This document shows positions 35,275 to 47,120 of a DNA stretch of 64,000 nucleotides, one piece after another. Made by a program: the position numbers and the translations under genes. Under the pieces are notes generated by a model, which had not been told where the DNA came from, did no database searches, and worked only from the letters and a program-made list of their open reading frames with translations. The stretch is taken from contig NIVC01000085.1 of NCBI GenBank assembly GCA_002269645.1, positions 806,001 through 870,000 on the forward strand. Reading direction: 5' to 3'. The DNA comes from Macrostomum lignano (lineage: Eukaryota). Position 1 is the stretch's first letter. Every line of letters begins with the position of its first letter.

Positions 35275-36472
35275 ATTTAGCGCCACAGGATGGCATTTAG
35301 CGCCACAGGATGGGATTTAGCGCCACAGGATTGAGTTTAGCGCCACAGGATTGAGTTTAGCGCCACAGGATGCGATTTAGCGCCACAGGATTGAGTTTAG
35401 CGCCACAGGATTGAGTTTAGCGCCACAGGATTGAGTTTAGCGCCACAGGATGGGATTTAGCGCCACAGAATTGAGTTTAGCGCCACAGGACGGGATTTAG
35501 CGCCACAGGATTGAGTTTAGCGCCACAGGATGGGATTTAGCGCCACAGGATGGGATTTAGCGCCACAGGATTGAGTTTAGCGACACAGGATGGGATTTAG
35601 CGCCACAGGATGGGATTTAGCGCCACAGGATTGAGTTTAGCGACACAGGATGGGATTTAGCGCCACAGAATGGGATTTAGCGCCACAGAATGGGATTTAG
35701 CGCCACAGGATTAAGTTTAGCGACACAGGATGGGATTTAGCGCCACAGGATTGAGTTTAGCGACACAGGATGGGATTTAGCGCCACAGGATTGAGTTTAG
35801 CGCTACAGGACGGGATTTAGCGCCACAGGATGGGATTTAGCGCCACAGAATTGAGTTTAGCGCCACAGGACGGGATTTAGCGCCACAGGATTGAGTTTAG
35901 CGACACAGGATGGGATTTAGCGCCACAGAATGGGATTTAGCGCCACAGGATTAAGTTTAGCGACACAGGATGGGATTTAGCGCCACAGGATTGAGTTTAG
36001 CGACACAGGATGGGATTTAGCGCCACAGGATTGAGTTTAGCGCTACAGGACGGGATTTAGCGCCACAGGATGGGATTTAGCGCCACTGGATGGGATTTAG
36101 CGCCATAGGATGGGATTTAGCGCCACAGGATTAAGTTTAGCGACACAGGATGGGATTTATCGCCACAGGATGGGATTTAGCGCCACAGGATTGAGTTTAG
36201 CGACACAGGATGGGATTTAGCGTCACAGGATGGGATTTAGCGCCACAGGATGGGATTTATCGCCACAGGATTGGATTCAGCGCCACAGGATGGGATTTAG
36301 CGCCACAGGATTGAGTTTAGCGACACAGGATGGGATTTAGCGCCACAGGATTGGGTTTAGCGACACAGGATGGGATTTAGCGCCGCAGGATGGGATTTAG
36401 CGCCACAGGATTGAGTTTAGCGCCACAGGATGGGATTTAGCGCCACAGGATGGGATTTAGCGCCACAGGATG
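35275..36472. repeat. 20-bp minisatellite (TTAGCGCCACAGGATGGGAT), ~60 copies
   Basis: Directly visible. Confidence 0.97.
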
Positions 36473-36924
36473 TGATAAAAGGCATTTAAAGCATTGAACA
36501 TCCCAGCTGATTTAACAATTCACCCTTCTAGATTTTAGCCAGGCTGATTACGACCGTGTTATAGGCTAGAATCCAGTCCAGGTGTTAATTCCTAAGGTCC
36601 ATGCGAGCACGGGACCCAGACCAGAGAGGAAAAGGCGCACAGAGAGGAAAGAAAGAATTGGTGGGCTGGGCTGGGATTCGGGTAGGTCATATATCTTTCT
36701 TAGTTGGACTTCGGAAAAAGGAAGGAACTCCCCAGGAATAGCGTCAGTCATATTCATAGATGGAAAAGGGGAAAGGAGGAGCCTTAAAGGGGAAGAGAGG
36801 AACTGGGATTGGCGGATCTCAAACAAACAGAACCAACCCTCCATCCCTTGCGTGCACTTGATAAACCTTCTGTAGCAGTGAGCGCCGACCGCCAAGGGCA
36901 TCGAGGATCTAGTATATGGAGTGA

Positions 36925-37665
36925 AATGAGAACCGTGGCGCCAAAATGAGACCCGATGGCGCTAAAATGAGAACCGTGGCGCCAAAATGAGACCCGATGG
37001 CGCTAAAATGAGAACCGTGGTGCCAAAATGAGAACCGATGGCGCTAAAATAATAATCGTGGCGCCAAAATGAGAACCATGGTGCTAAAATGAAAATCGTG
37101 GCGCCAAAAATGAGAACCGAAGGCGCCAAAATGAGAACCGAAGGCGCCAAAATGAGAATAGTCGCGCCAAAACGAGAACCGAAGGCGCCAAAATCAGAAC
37201 CGAGGGCGCCAAAATGAGAACCGATGGCGCTAAAATGAGAACCGAAGGCGCCAAAATGAGAATAGTGGCGCCAAAACGAGAACCGAAGGCGCCAAAATCA
37301 GAACCGAGGGCGCCAAAATGAGAACCGATGGCGCTAAAATGAGAATAGTGGCGCCAAACGAGAACCGAAGGCGCCAAAATGAGAGCCGAAATGAGAATCG
37401 TGGCGCCAAAAACGAGAACTGTGGCGCCAAAATGAGACCCCAAGCCGCCAAAACGAGAACCCAAGGCGCCAAGATGAGAATCGTAGCACCAAAACGAGAA
37501 CTGTGGCGCCAAAATGAGACCCCAAGGCGCCAAAACGAGAACCGAAGGCGCTAAAATGAGAATTATGGCGCCAACATGAGAATCACGGCGCCAACATGAG
37601 AATCACGGCGCCAACATGAGAATGATGGCGCCAACATGAGAATCACGGCGCCAACATGAGAATCA
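36925..37665. repeat. GGCGCCAAAATGAGAA-core minisatellite (~22-24 bp)
   Basis: Same core as the arrays at 27.6, 56 and 63.8 kb. Confidence 0.92.
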
Positions 37666-38544
37666 TTTCACCGAGGTTCACTGAAGGCCACAATGAGTAC
37701 AAATATTAACAATTTCAACAAAACCCATTCCAAGTACAATTACACAAGCGCTATCCTTTTCCACTCCAGACTCCAGCTTCTGCAGCAGTCCTTGGCCACT
37801 TGAAAAAACTCGCAGCCAGCGTAAACCTCACGGGCAAGCAAAACTGAACAATCAAGCCATGAAGCTCTTTCAGTAACCAGTAAGTACCCAGCTTGCACCC
37901 GCGGCCAGACCCGCAGCCCCAACCCCCACAAGCGCGAGGGAAGAGGAGCCAGGGGGGAGACAGGCGCAGGACTGCACAGTTAACCCCAACACCACCACCA
38001 CCATATATAGAGACCATATAGATTATAATAAAATGCAGGGTTAGAGAAATTTAGATAAAAAAGCATGGGGACGAAAGTACGCTGCAGAGGGTGAGGGAGG
38101 GGTGAGAGAGATAGAGAGAGTTCAGGCAGTACAAGCAGTGCGCAAACGTGAAGTAAGGCTGCAAGCAATAAACACTTATTCTCTCTCTCTGCAATACTGG
38201 TACGTATTGCATTGTGACACCCTGCAGAGCCGCTGTAACCCAGGCCAGGTTAACACAGACTAGCTGTTAAGCATCCTATCCTGCCTTACCCTGTCTGGTA
38301 AAGTCTGCATGTGTATATCTATGTATATAATATACGCGAAAGTTTTTCCGGCTTTCCTCTATGACGCACCCCCCCCAGAAGCCAGGCCAATACAAATTAA
38401 CCCAGTCTATCATAGTAAGTGAACGGACACAGTACTGAAATCTGGAATATGCTAAGGAATGAATGAGATATGAGGATTCTAATCTAAAGATATTAAAATT
38501 TGAGGACAACCATTCTTGGTGGCTTAGCTCATGCGTGCTCGTTG

Positions 38545-40180
38545 TCGTTATGATCTCTCTTCATGATCTCTCTTTCCTCTTTATGATCTCTCCCCCCCCT
38601 CTATGATCTCTCTTTCTCTCTATGATCTCTCTTTCCTTTGTGATTGTGATCCCTCTTCCCCTCTATGATCTCTCTTCCCCTCTATGATCTCTCTTCCCCT
38701 CTATGATCTCTCTTCCCCTCTATGATATCTCTTCCCCTCTATGATCTCTCTTCCCCTCTATGATCTCTCTTCTCCTCTATGATCTCTCTTCCCCTCTATG
38801 ATCTCTCTTCCCCCTATGATCTCTCTTCCCCTCTATGATATCTCTTCCCCTCTATGATCTCTCTTCCCCTCTATGATCTCTCTTCTCCTCTATGATCTCT
38901 CTTCCCCTCTATGATCTCTCTTCCCCTCTATGATATCTCTTCCCCTCTATGATCTCTCTTTCCTTTGTGATCCCTCTTCCCCTCTATGATCTCTCTTCCC
39001 CTCTATGATCTCTCTTCCCCTCTATGATATCTCTTCCCCTCTATGATCTCTCTTTCCTTTGTGATCCCTCTTCCCCTCTATGATCTCTCTTCCCCCCTAT
39101 GATCTCTCTTCCCCTCTATGATCTCTCTTCCCCTCTATGATCTCTCTTCCCCTCTATGATCTCTCTTCCCCCCTATGATCTCTCTTCCCCTCTATGATCT
39201 CTCTTCCCCTCTATGATCTCTCTTCTCCTCTATGATATCTCTTCCCCTCTATGATCTCTCTTCCCCTCTATGATATCTCTTCCCCTCTATGATCTCTCTT
39301 TCCTTTGTGATCCCTCTTTCCCTTTATGATCTCTCTTCCCCTCTATGATCTCTCTTCCCCTCTATGATCTCTCTTTCCTTTGTGATCCCTCTTCCCCTCT
39401 ATGATCTCTCTTCCCCTCTATGATCTCTCTTCCCCTCTATGATCTCTCTTCCCCTCTATGATCTCTCTTCCCCTCTATGATCTCTCTTCCCCTCTATGAT
39501 CTCTCTTCCCCTCTATGATATCTCTTCCCCTCTATGATCTCTCTTTCCTTTGTGATCCCTCTTCCCCTCTATGATCTCTCTTCCCCTCTATGATCTCTCT
39601 TCCCCTCTATGATATCTCTTCCCCTCTATGATCTCTCTTCCCCTCTATGATCTCTCTTCTCCTCTATGATATCTCTTCCCCTCTATGATATCTCTTCCCC
39701 TCTATGATCTCTCTTCTCCTCTATGATATCTCTTCCCCTCTATGATCTCTCTTCCCCTCTATGATCTCTCTTCCCCTCTATGATATCTCTTCCCCTCTAT
39801 GATCTCTCTTTCCTTTGTGATCCCTCTTCCCCTCTATGATCTCTCTTCCCCCCTATGATCTCTCTTCTCCTCTATGATCTCTCTTCCCCTCTATGATCTC
39901 TCTTCTCCTCTATGATCTCTCTTCCCCTCTATGATCTCTCTTCCCCCCTATGATCTCTCTTCCCCTCTATGATATCTCTTCCCCTCTATGATCTCTCTTC
40001 CCCTCTATGATATCTCTTCTCCTCTATGATCTCTCTTCCCCTATGATCTCTCTTCCCCTCTATGATATCTCTTCTCCTCTATGATCTCTCTTCCCCTATG
40101 ATCTCTCTTCCCCTCTATGATCTCTCTTCTCCTCTATGATCTCTCTTCCCCTCTGATCTCTCTTCTCCTCTATGATCTCT
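38545..40180. repeat. 19-bp pyrimidine-rich minisatellite (TATGATCTCTCTTCCCCTC), 1.6 kb
   Basis: Directly visible. Confidence 0.97.
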
Positions 40181-41581
40181 CTTAACCTCTCTTATCGTTT
40201 CTGGCCACATTAATAAAACAAAAAACTACGCAGTAAATTTCAAAGAACAAAATGTAATGTTTAAAACTGCAGACTCGCAGAGAGAAGAGCACTGTCGCAC
40301 TTATTTTAACAAAGCAGCATTCTCACAGATGCAGATGGTGTATTTCAAAACCAAAAACTGCAGCCAAATTATTTTGCACTTAATAATATAGTTTTACGAT
40401 CATAGCCAGCGATTTTTAACAAATAGTGATTTATGATTTATACACTTGAAAACTTTCCAATCGAAACGAACAGTTGAAATTATTAAAATTTAAAAGTTCG
40501 CGTGTACGAAATTCACACAATATTTATGCATACAGATATACTATATAATAAGGCTTACAAAGCAGTTCCGCACTGATTTTTGAGAATTAACTATGGCCAT
40601 AATGAGCAGCTAGCTAAAAGGGCAAGGGATTAATCTAAACTCATGGGGATTAAGGCTAGTTGATGCGGTTATATCGATAAAAGAAGTCAAAGGCGCCACT
40701 GCTACAGGCAGGTACAGGTGTGATGAAATATTTAAGTCAGTCAGACAGAAGGCAGTATAGAGCTGATAGCAGATGTAATTAATAAGGCAGTACATGTAAA
40801 TATTGTCAAAATAAATAAATAAATGAATATAAATATTGTGCTAGCAAGGCACAGTACAGGATTAGCACTTCTGCAGCAATTCAATTCTATGCATAGAAGT
40901 GGCAAAGCTAAAAGGCTGATTGATTTGTATGTACAATTATAGCAGAAATAGGCACTGGCGAAAGCTATATTAGAAATTCAATCAGTAGTACTACAGATTA
41001 TTAGCATTATTATTATTAGTTTGGTTATTAAAAATAGAAAACAACTTAATTAAAAGTACACAATAAAACACAAAACAACAACAGATTAGTTACCATGGCA
41101 ACGCCAATTTGCTGCATCCGAAAGAAGCCTTCTCAGCCTCGACTTGGGATGCAGCAAAAGAAACTGGACAAAGACAGAAGAAAAGTGCGAATTGCACAGC
41201 GAAACCAAAGTCGGAAAGGAGATGCAGAAGTCCAAGCACTTCCGGTGCATCCCGGCCAACTTTAACAATCGAAACTTTGGAGAGAGAAGAAAATGAAAAC
41301 GCTCGCAAAAAGGCTTTATCAGAAAATTCGAAATAGCAGAAAAACACGACAACAACAAAACGAGAGCTTAGCGAGGGAGGCGGCGGCTGTTGAAACCGAA
41401 GGAGGGGGCCGCCTACGCAGTGGTTTTCTTGAATAAAAACGTTTGGGATTTAAAAATAAAATAATAAACAAACACAACACAAACAGAAACAAAAAGTTCA
41501 ACAAGAGAAAACTGTTCGTGAAGCAAACAAAGTGTACGAAACAAAAACCAACACAGTCTGTCCAGTCTGACCCTGTCAACT

Positions 41582-44500
41582 TCAATCCTCGAACATTGGC
41601 GTGTGCCCGCCAGACATGGAGTGTGGCATATTGTACATGTGCTGCTGCTGGTGCTGGTGCTGCATTGGACTGGCAAACCCGGAGCTGTGTCCGGATGAGC
41701 TGCTGGTCTGCTGCCAGGCCTGGTGCTGCTGGTGGCCGCCATGGTGATGAGGCAGGGTGTAGTAGCCATTGCCATTGTTGCCTGGGTGATGATACTGCGG
41801 AGGCTGCTGCTGCTGCTGCATCATAGGGTAGCTGCCCATGCTCACAGGCATTCTCTGGTACTGCTGCTGCTGCGGCTGAGGCTGCAGAGGCTGCGGATAG
41901 TGTTGCAGAGTCTGGAAGCCCTGCTGCTGGTACATCATCTGCTGCTGATGCTGAGGAGGCTGCGGAGGTGGCGGAGGCTGCTGAGGCATAGTGGGCATTG
42001 GCAAAGGTGGAGAAGCTTCTACTAGAAGATTCTGCATCATGTTGCTGCTGTTGCTTCCAGCCTGCTGTTGTTGCTGCTGTTGCTGCAGAAGCAGAGCGGC
42101 GTACTGCCGACAAGGCTCGCTGGTGCCGTGCTGAGCCAGCTCAGCCAGGCGATTCAAAACCACTCCATGGCTGGCCAAGTAGTTGGGCACCTCCTGCTGC
42201 GAGCTCAGCTCCCACAGCAGGCCGAGAGCAGCTCTGGGCACCACTTCTGTCTGGGTCGGCAGGAACAGCAGCTGGCAGAGCAGCTGGCAGCAGTGCTGAG
42301 ACAGAGCCGCCCGGCTGTCGGGGTCCCTGGCCAACAGCTGCAGGGCGCCGCAGCAAGCTTCGGCCAGGTCGTCGCAGCGACTGGCTCGGATTCTGCCAGA
42401 TGCCGTCTCGGGCGGGCAGCCGTTGGCGGCGACCTGCAATGGGGCCACCATTTTTTTTTCTCTAGCGTTTGCAGAAATTTTGGGAGCTCAACATCTATTG
42501 GGATCTGTCTGAATTTTGGGATCTTTATAAATCAACTGGTATCTCATAAATCATAATGTGGGGGGACATTAAAGGGCTGGGATCTCATAAATCATAATCT
42601 GGGGGGATATTTAAAAGACTGGGATCTCATAAATCATAATTTGGGGATGTTTAAAGGGCTGGGATCTCATAAATCATAATCTGGAAGGGATAATAAAAGA
42701 CTGTGATCTCATAAATCATAATCTGGAGGATGTTTAAAGGGCTGGGATCTCAGAAATCATAATCTGGAGGGGATATTTAAAGAGCTGGGATCTCATAAAT
42801 CATAATCTGAGAGGATATTTAAAGGGCTCGGATCTCATAATTATAACCTGGAAGGGATATTAAAGGCCTGGGATCTCATAAATCATAATCTGAGTGGATA
42901 TTTGAAGGGCTGGGATCTCATAAATCATAATCTGGAGGGGATATTTAAAGGGCTGGGATCTCATAAATCCTAATCTGAGGGGATATTTAAAGGGCTGGGA
43001 TCTCATAAAGCATAATCTGGATGATGTTTAAACGGCTGGGATCTCATAAATCATAATCTGGGGGTGTTAAAAGGGCTGGGATCTCATAAATCATAATCTG
43101 AGTGGATATTTGAAGGGCTGGGATCTCATAATTATAACCTGGAAGGGATATTAAAGGCCTGGGATCTCATAAATCATAATCTAGAGGATATTTAAGAGAC
43201 AGGCATCTTTCCATATGGTATCATTAAGCATTGCTCCATAAGAATAGGGAACCAAAATTCCAGAATTTGGGGATTATCAAGAAACTGAAATCCCTCAGAA
43301 CAGGGATCAGATTATTTTCAATTATTATAATCCCCACCCAACAGACCTGCATATCCCGATAAGCGGACTGCAGCACTCCGCACAGCTGAGCCACAACGCC
43401 CTTCTCCCTGAGATCGGCGCAGTTGCCGGGGCACAGGGCCAGGTTGCGCACCAGGTTAATGATGGCCTTCCGCACCGACAGCGTGGTGGTCACGTCGAAC
43501 AAGCGAGACAAAACCGACAGACCGTCGAAGAAGCGAACCGACTCCTGGGCTCGGCAGGCCTCGTCGTGTCTGACAGTCAGGTGGCGCAGGGCGCACACGC
43601 AGGGCTCGATGATGTCCTCCTGATCGTTGGAGCGCTTGATGGCCTCGATTAGGGCTTTGATGCCGCCGCTGGCGCACACCTGCGGTTTGGTAGAGTTGAG
43701 CAGCGGCTTGGGGTCATTTAAGGTCACCGAAAGCTAGTTCTAGGAAACGTTCCATTATCTGACACTTATTTTTGATTCTTTGGCGTTATCTGACACTAAT
43801 TTTGATTCTTTATGGCGCCTTCTGACACTAGTTTTGATACTTTATGGCCACTTTCCTGACACTAGTTTTGATTGTTTATGGCCACTTTCCTGACACTAGT
43901 TTTGATTGTTTATATGGCGCCTTTTCTGACACTAATTTTGATTCTTTATGGCGCCTTTTCTGACACTAATTTTGATTCTTTATGGCGCCTTCTAACACGA
44001 ACTTTGATTCTTTATGGCGCCTTCTAACACGAACTTTGATTCTTTATGGCGCCATCTGACACAAATTTTGATTCTTTATGGCGCCATCTGACACAAATTT
44101 TGATTCTTTATGGCGCCATCTGACACTAATTTTGATTTTTTATGGTGCCCTCTGACACGAAATTTGATTCTTTATGGCGCCATCTGACACAAATTTTGAT
44201 TATTTATGGCGCCATCTGACACAAATTTTGATTCTTTATGGCGCCATCTGACACAAATTTTGATTCTTTATGGCGCCATCTGACACAAATTTTGATTATT
44301 TATGGCGCCATCTGACACAAATTTTGATTCTTTATGGCGCCATCTGACACTAATTTTGATTTTTTATGGTGCCCTCTGACACGAAATTTGATTCTTTATG
44401 ACGATTTCTGACACTAATTTTGATTTTTTATGGTGCCCTCTGACACGAAATTTGATTCTTTATGGCGCCATCTGACACAAATTTTGATTCTTTATGGCGC

Positions 44501-47120
44501 CATCTGACACTAATTTTGATTTTTTATGGTGCCCTCTGACACGAAATTTGATTCTTTATGACGATTTCTGACACTAATTTTGATTCTTTTTGACGACTCC
44601 TGACACTAATTTTGATTCCTTATGAGAACTCCTAACATCAATTGATTCTAAGGCGTCACCTGACACTAACTTTGGCAGCATGTCCAACAATTTGAAAGCT
44701 CATAAATGTATATCTCTCAAAGCAACTAAGGCACCAGTGTTTAAAGCTTTGACCTTCAATATCTAGGCATTTTTATGACACCCCCTGACACGCTCACCTG
44801 CTGCTTGCTCTTCTGATTATTGCAGGTCAGATTGGACAGAATGCCGGCGCTGCACGATACCACAGTGTGATCTGAGGAGGCCAGCAGGTTGATAAGCCGC
44901 TCGAACAGGGGGCCGGCAATCTCCTGGCTGGTGGCAGCGTCAGACAGGTTCCTCAGCGTCCACAGGCAGTTGTGCAGCAGCCGCGGCGATGGGTTGGGGC
45001 CGCGGGGCTCGTGCGGAGCTCGGGTCAGGTGCTTGGTCAGGGCGTCGATTCCGTTAGCCCTGATCACGGACACCTTGCTCTCCGGGCAGACGCTGAGCAC
45101 CTTGAGCACACGAGTGGTAGTCCATAGCAGCTTCTCGTAGTTGTAGTTGAGCAGAATGTGCACCAGCTCCACTGGGCCGCCGGCTGAGCAGATCTCAAGC
45201 TTGGTCTGCGGATGCCTGCAGACGGTGACCGATGGGGGATGTTTTGTTAGGGATGATGAGGATCTAAGTTCTCTGATTGGGATAATAAAATAATAGGGAT
45301 AAAGATCTTATATCGGGACTTATGAAATTTGATTATGAAATACTGATGTAGCGACCATGCAATTTGGGATGTGAGATCATGAAATTTGAAGATATGGGAT
45401 CATTGACTTGGGATCTGGGATTATGAGATATTGGGATGTGAGATACTTTGGGATCTGGAATTCTGGGATCATGCGATATTGGGATGTGGGATCATGCGAT
45501 ATTGGGATGTGGGATCATAAGATATTGGGATGTGAGATACTTTGGGATCTGGAATTCTGGGATCATGAGATATTGGGATGTGAGATACTTTGGGATCTAG
45601 AATTCTGAGATCATGAGATATTGGGATGTGGGATCATGCGATATTGGGATGTGAGATACTTTGGGATCTAGAATTCTGAGATCATGAGATATTGGGATGT
45701 GAGATACTTTGGGATCTGGAATTCTGGGATCATGAGATATTGGGATGTGGGATCAGGGATCATGCGATATTGGGATGTGAGATACTTTGGGATCTGGAAT
45801 TCTGGGATCATGAGATATTGGGATGTGGGATCAGGGATCATGCGATATTGGGATGTGAGATACTTTGGGATCTAGAATTCTGAGATCATGCGATATTGGG
45901 ATGTGAGATACTTTGGGATCTAGAATTCTGAGATCATGCGATATTGGAATGTGAGATACTTTGGGATCTAGAATTCTGAGATCATGCGATATTGGGATGT
46001 GGCATCATGAGATATTGGGATTTGGGATAATGAAGTTTAAGGATGTGGGATCATGGACTTTGGAACATGAGATGCTCGTAGTTTGGAATCTGGGATTCTG
46101 GGATCAGGGAATTTAAGGATTATAAACTTTAGGATGTGTGATGCTACAATGGGATCACAATGAGGATCTGAATGTGTAATGAACAGAACAAAATTCAATG
46201 CTAAATGCAAATTACCTGAATGACAGCAGCTGCAGACAGTCGGTGCAAATGGCCAGAAATTTCTGATTATTCTTCTTCAACAGGCCCACAATGACAGGAA
46301 TACCGCCGCACTCGCGCACCTGCTCCTTGGCGCCGTCTTGATACAGCAGCAGATTGTGCAGAGTGGTAATAGAATAGAACTGAATCACTTCGATATTGCT
46401 AGACAGCTGTCTGATCAGGGCTGCCACACCGCCTGTCTTGAAGATGACGGCAAGGCCGCCGGGAGTCTGCGACATCTGATGCAGCGTGCCGGCCAGCCAG
46501 CGGGCGGGCTCCGGAGCGGCCGTGTCCAGCGACCTGACCAGAGCCTCAACCATGCCCGGAGTGTTGATGATGATCTCCAGATTCGGCCGAGTCTTGGACA
46601 GCTGGTTGATCATCATGGAGGCCTGGCCGACCACTACGGGATCTTCGTCCTCGAGCAGCGGCACCAGTTCGGGCAGGGCCGAGGCCGCGTCGGCCAAATC
46701 CGACGCCTCGTCGAAGTTGCCGCCGATGGAGGTGAGGTTGGAGGCGGGGCCGCCGATGCCCTGGTCCAGTGGGATCGGGGTGTTGGTGGTGCCGCCGCTG
46801 CTGGACAGCGGGGTGCCCGGGCTCAACATGCCGCTCAGGTCGGACGGCGGGAACGCGGCTTCAACAGCTCCGACGCTGCCGGGATGTCCGGGCCCACTCG
46901 GCCATGGAGCTTCGAGTTCGTCCGAGCCTCCGATCGGCTGCGAGCAGACGGACGGGGCCGAGGTGCCGGACATGACAGAGTGAATGCCAGAGTCAGACAG
47001 CATGTACTGGCCCTGCTGCTGCCACATCCGGGTCTGCTCGTCGGCGCTCTGCAGCGGCAGGTCGGCTAGAGCATCGAAGCCTTCGATATCGTCCGGGATG
47101 TTTGCATAGTCCGCATCCAT
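41582..47120 (-). CDS. CTNNB1: Beta-catenin/armadillo homolog, 4 coding exons, ~835 aa, Q-rich C-terminus
   Basis: Exons 47120-46216, 45215-44798, 43679-43347 and 42433-41582 join in frame via GT-AG. Contains the DSGIHS degron and ARM motifs LPELVPLLEDED, YSITTLHNLLL, YEKLLWTTTRVLKVLSVC, RLLHNCLWTLRNLSDAAT, CSAGILSNLTCNN, IIEPCVCALRHLT and NLVRNLALCPGN. The symbol denotes family, not established orthology. Confidence 0.95.
42545..43195. repeat. ~40-bp minisatellite in beta-catenin intron 3
   Basis: GGGCTGGGATCTCATAAATCATAATCTGGAGGGGATATTTAAA-type units. Confidence 0.92.
43755..44665. repeat. ~32-bp minisatellite in beta-catenin intron 2
   Basis: TTTATGGCGCCATCTGACACAAATTTTGATTC-type units. 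Confidence 0.93.
45360..46080. repeat. Compound GGGATC/GGGATGTG minisatellite in beta-catenin intron 1
   Basis: GGGATCATGAGATATTGGGATGTGAGATACTTTGGGATCTGGAATTCT-type units. Confidence 0.92.
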
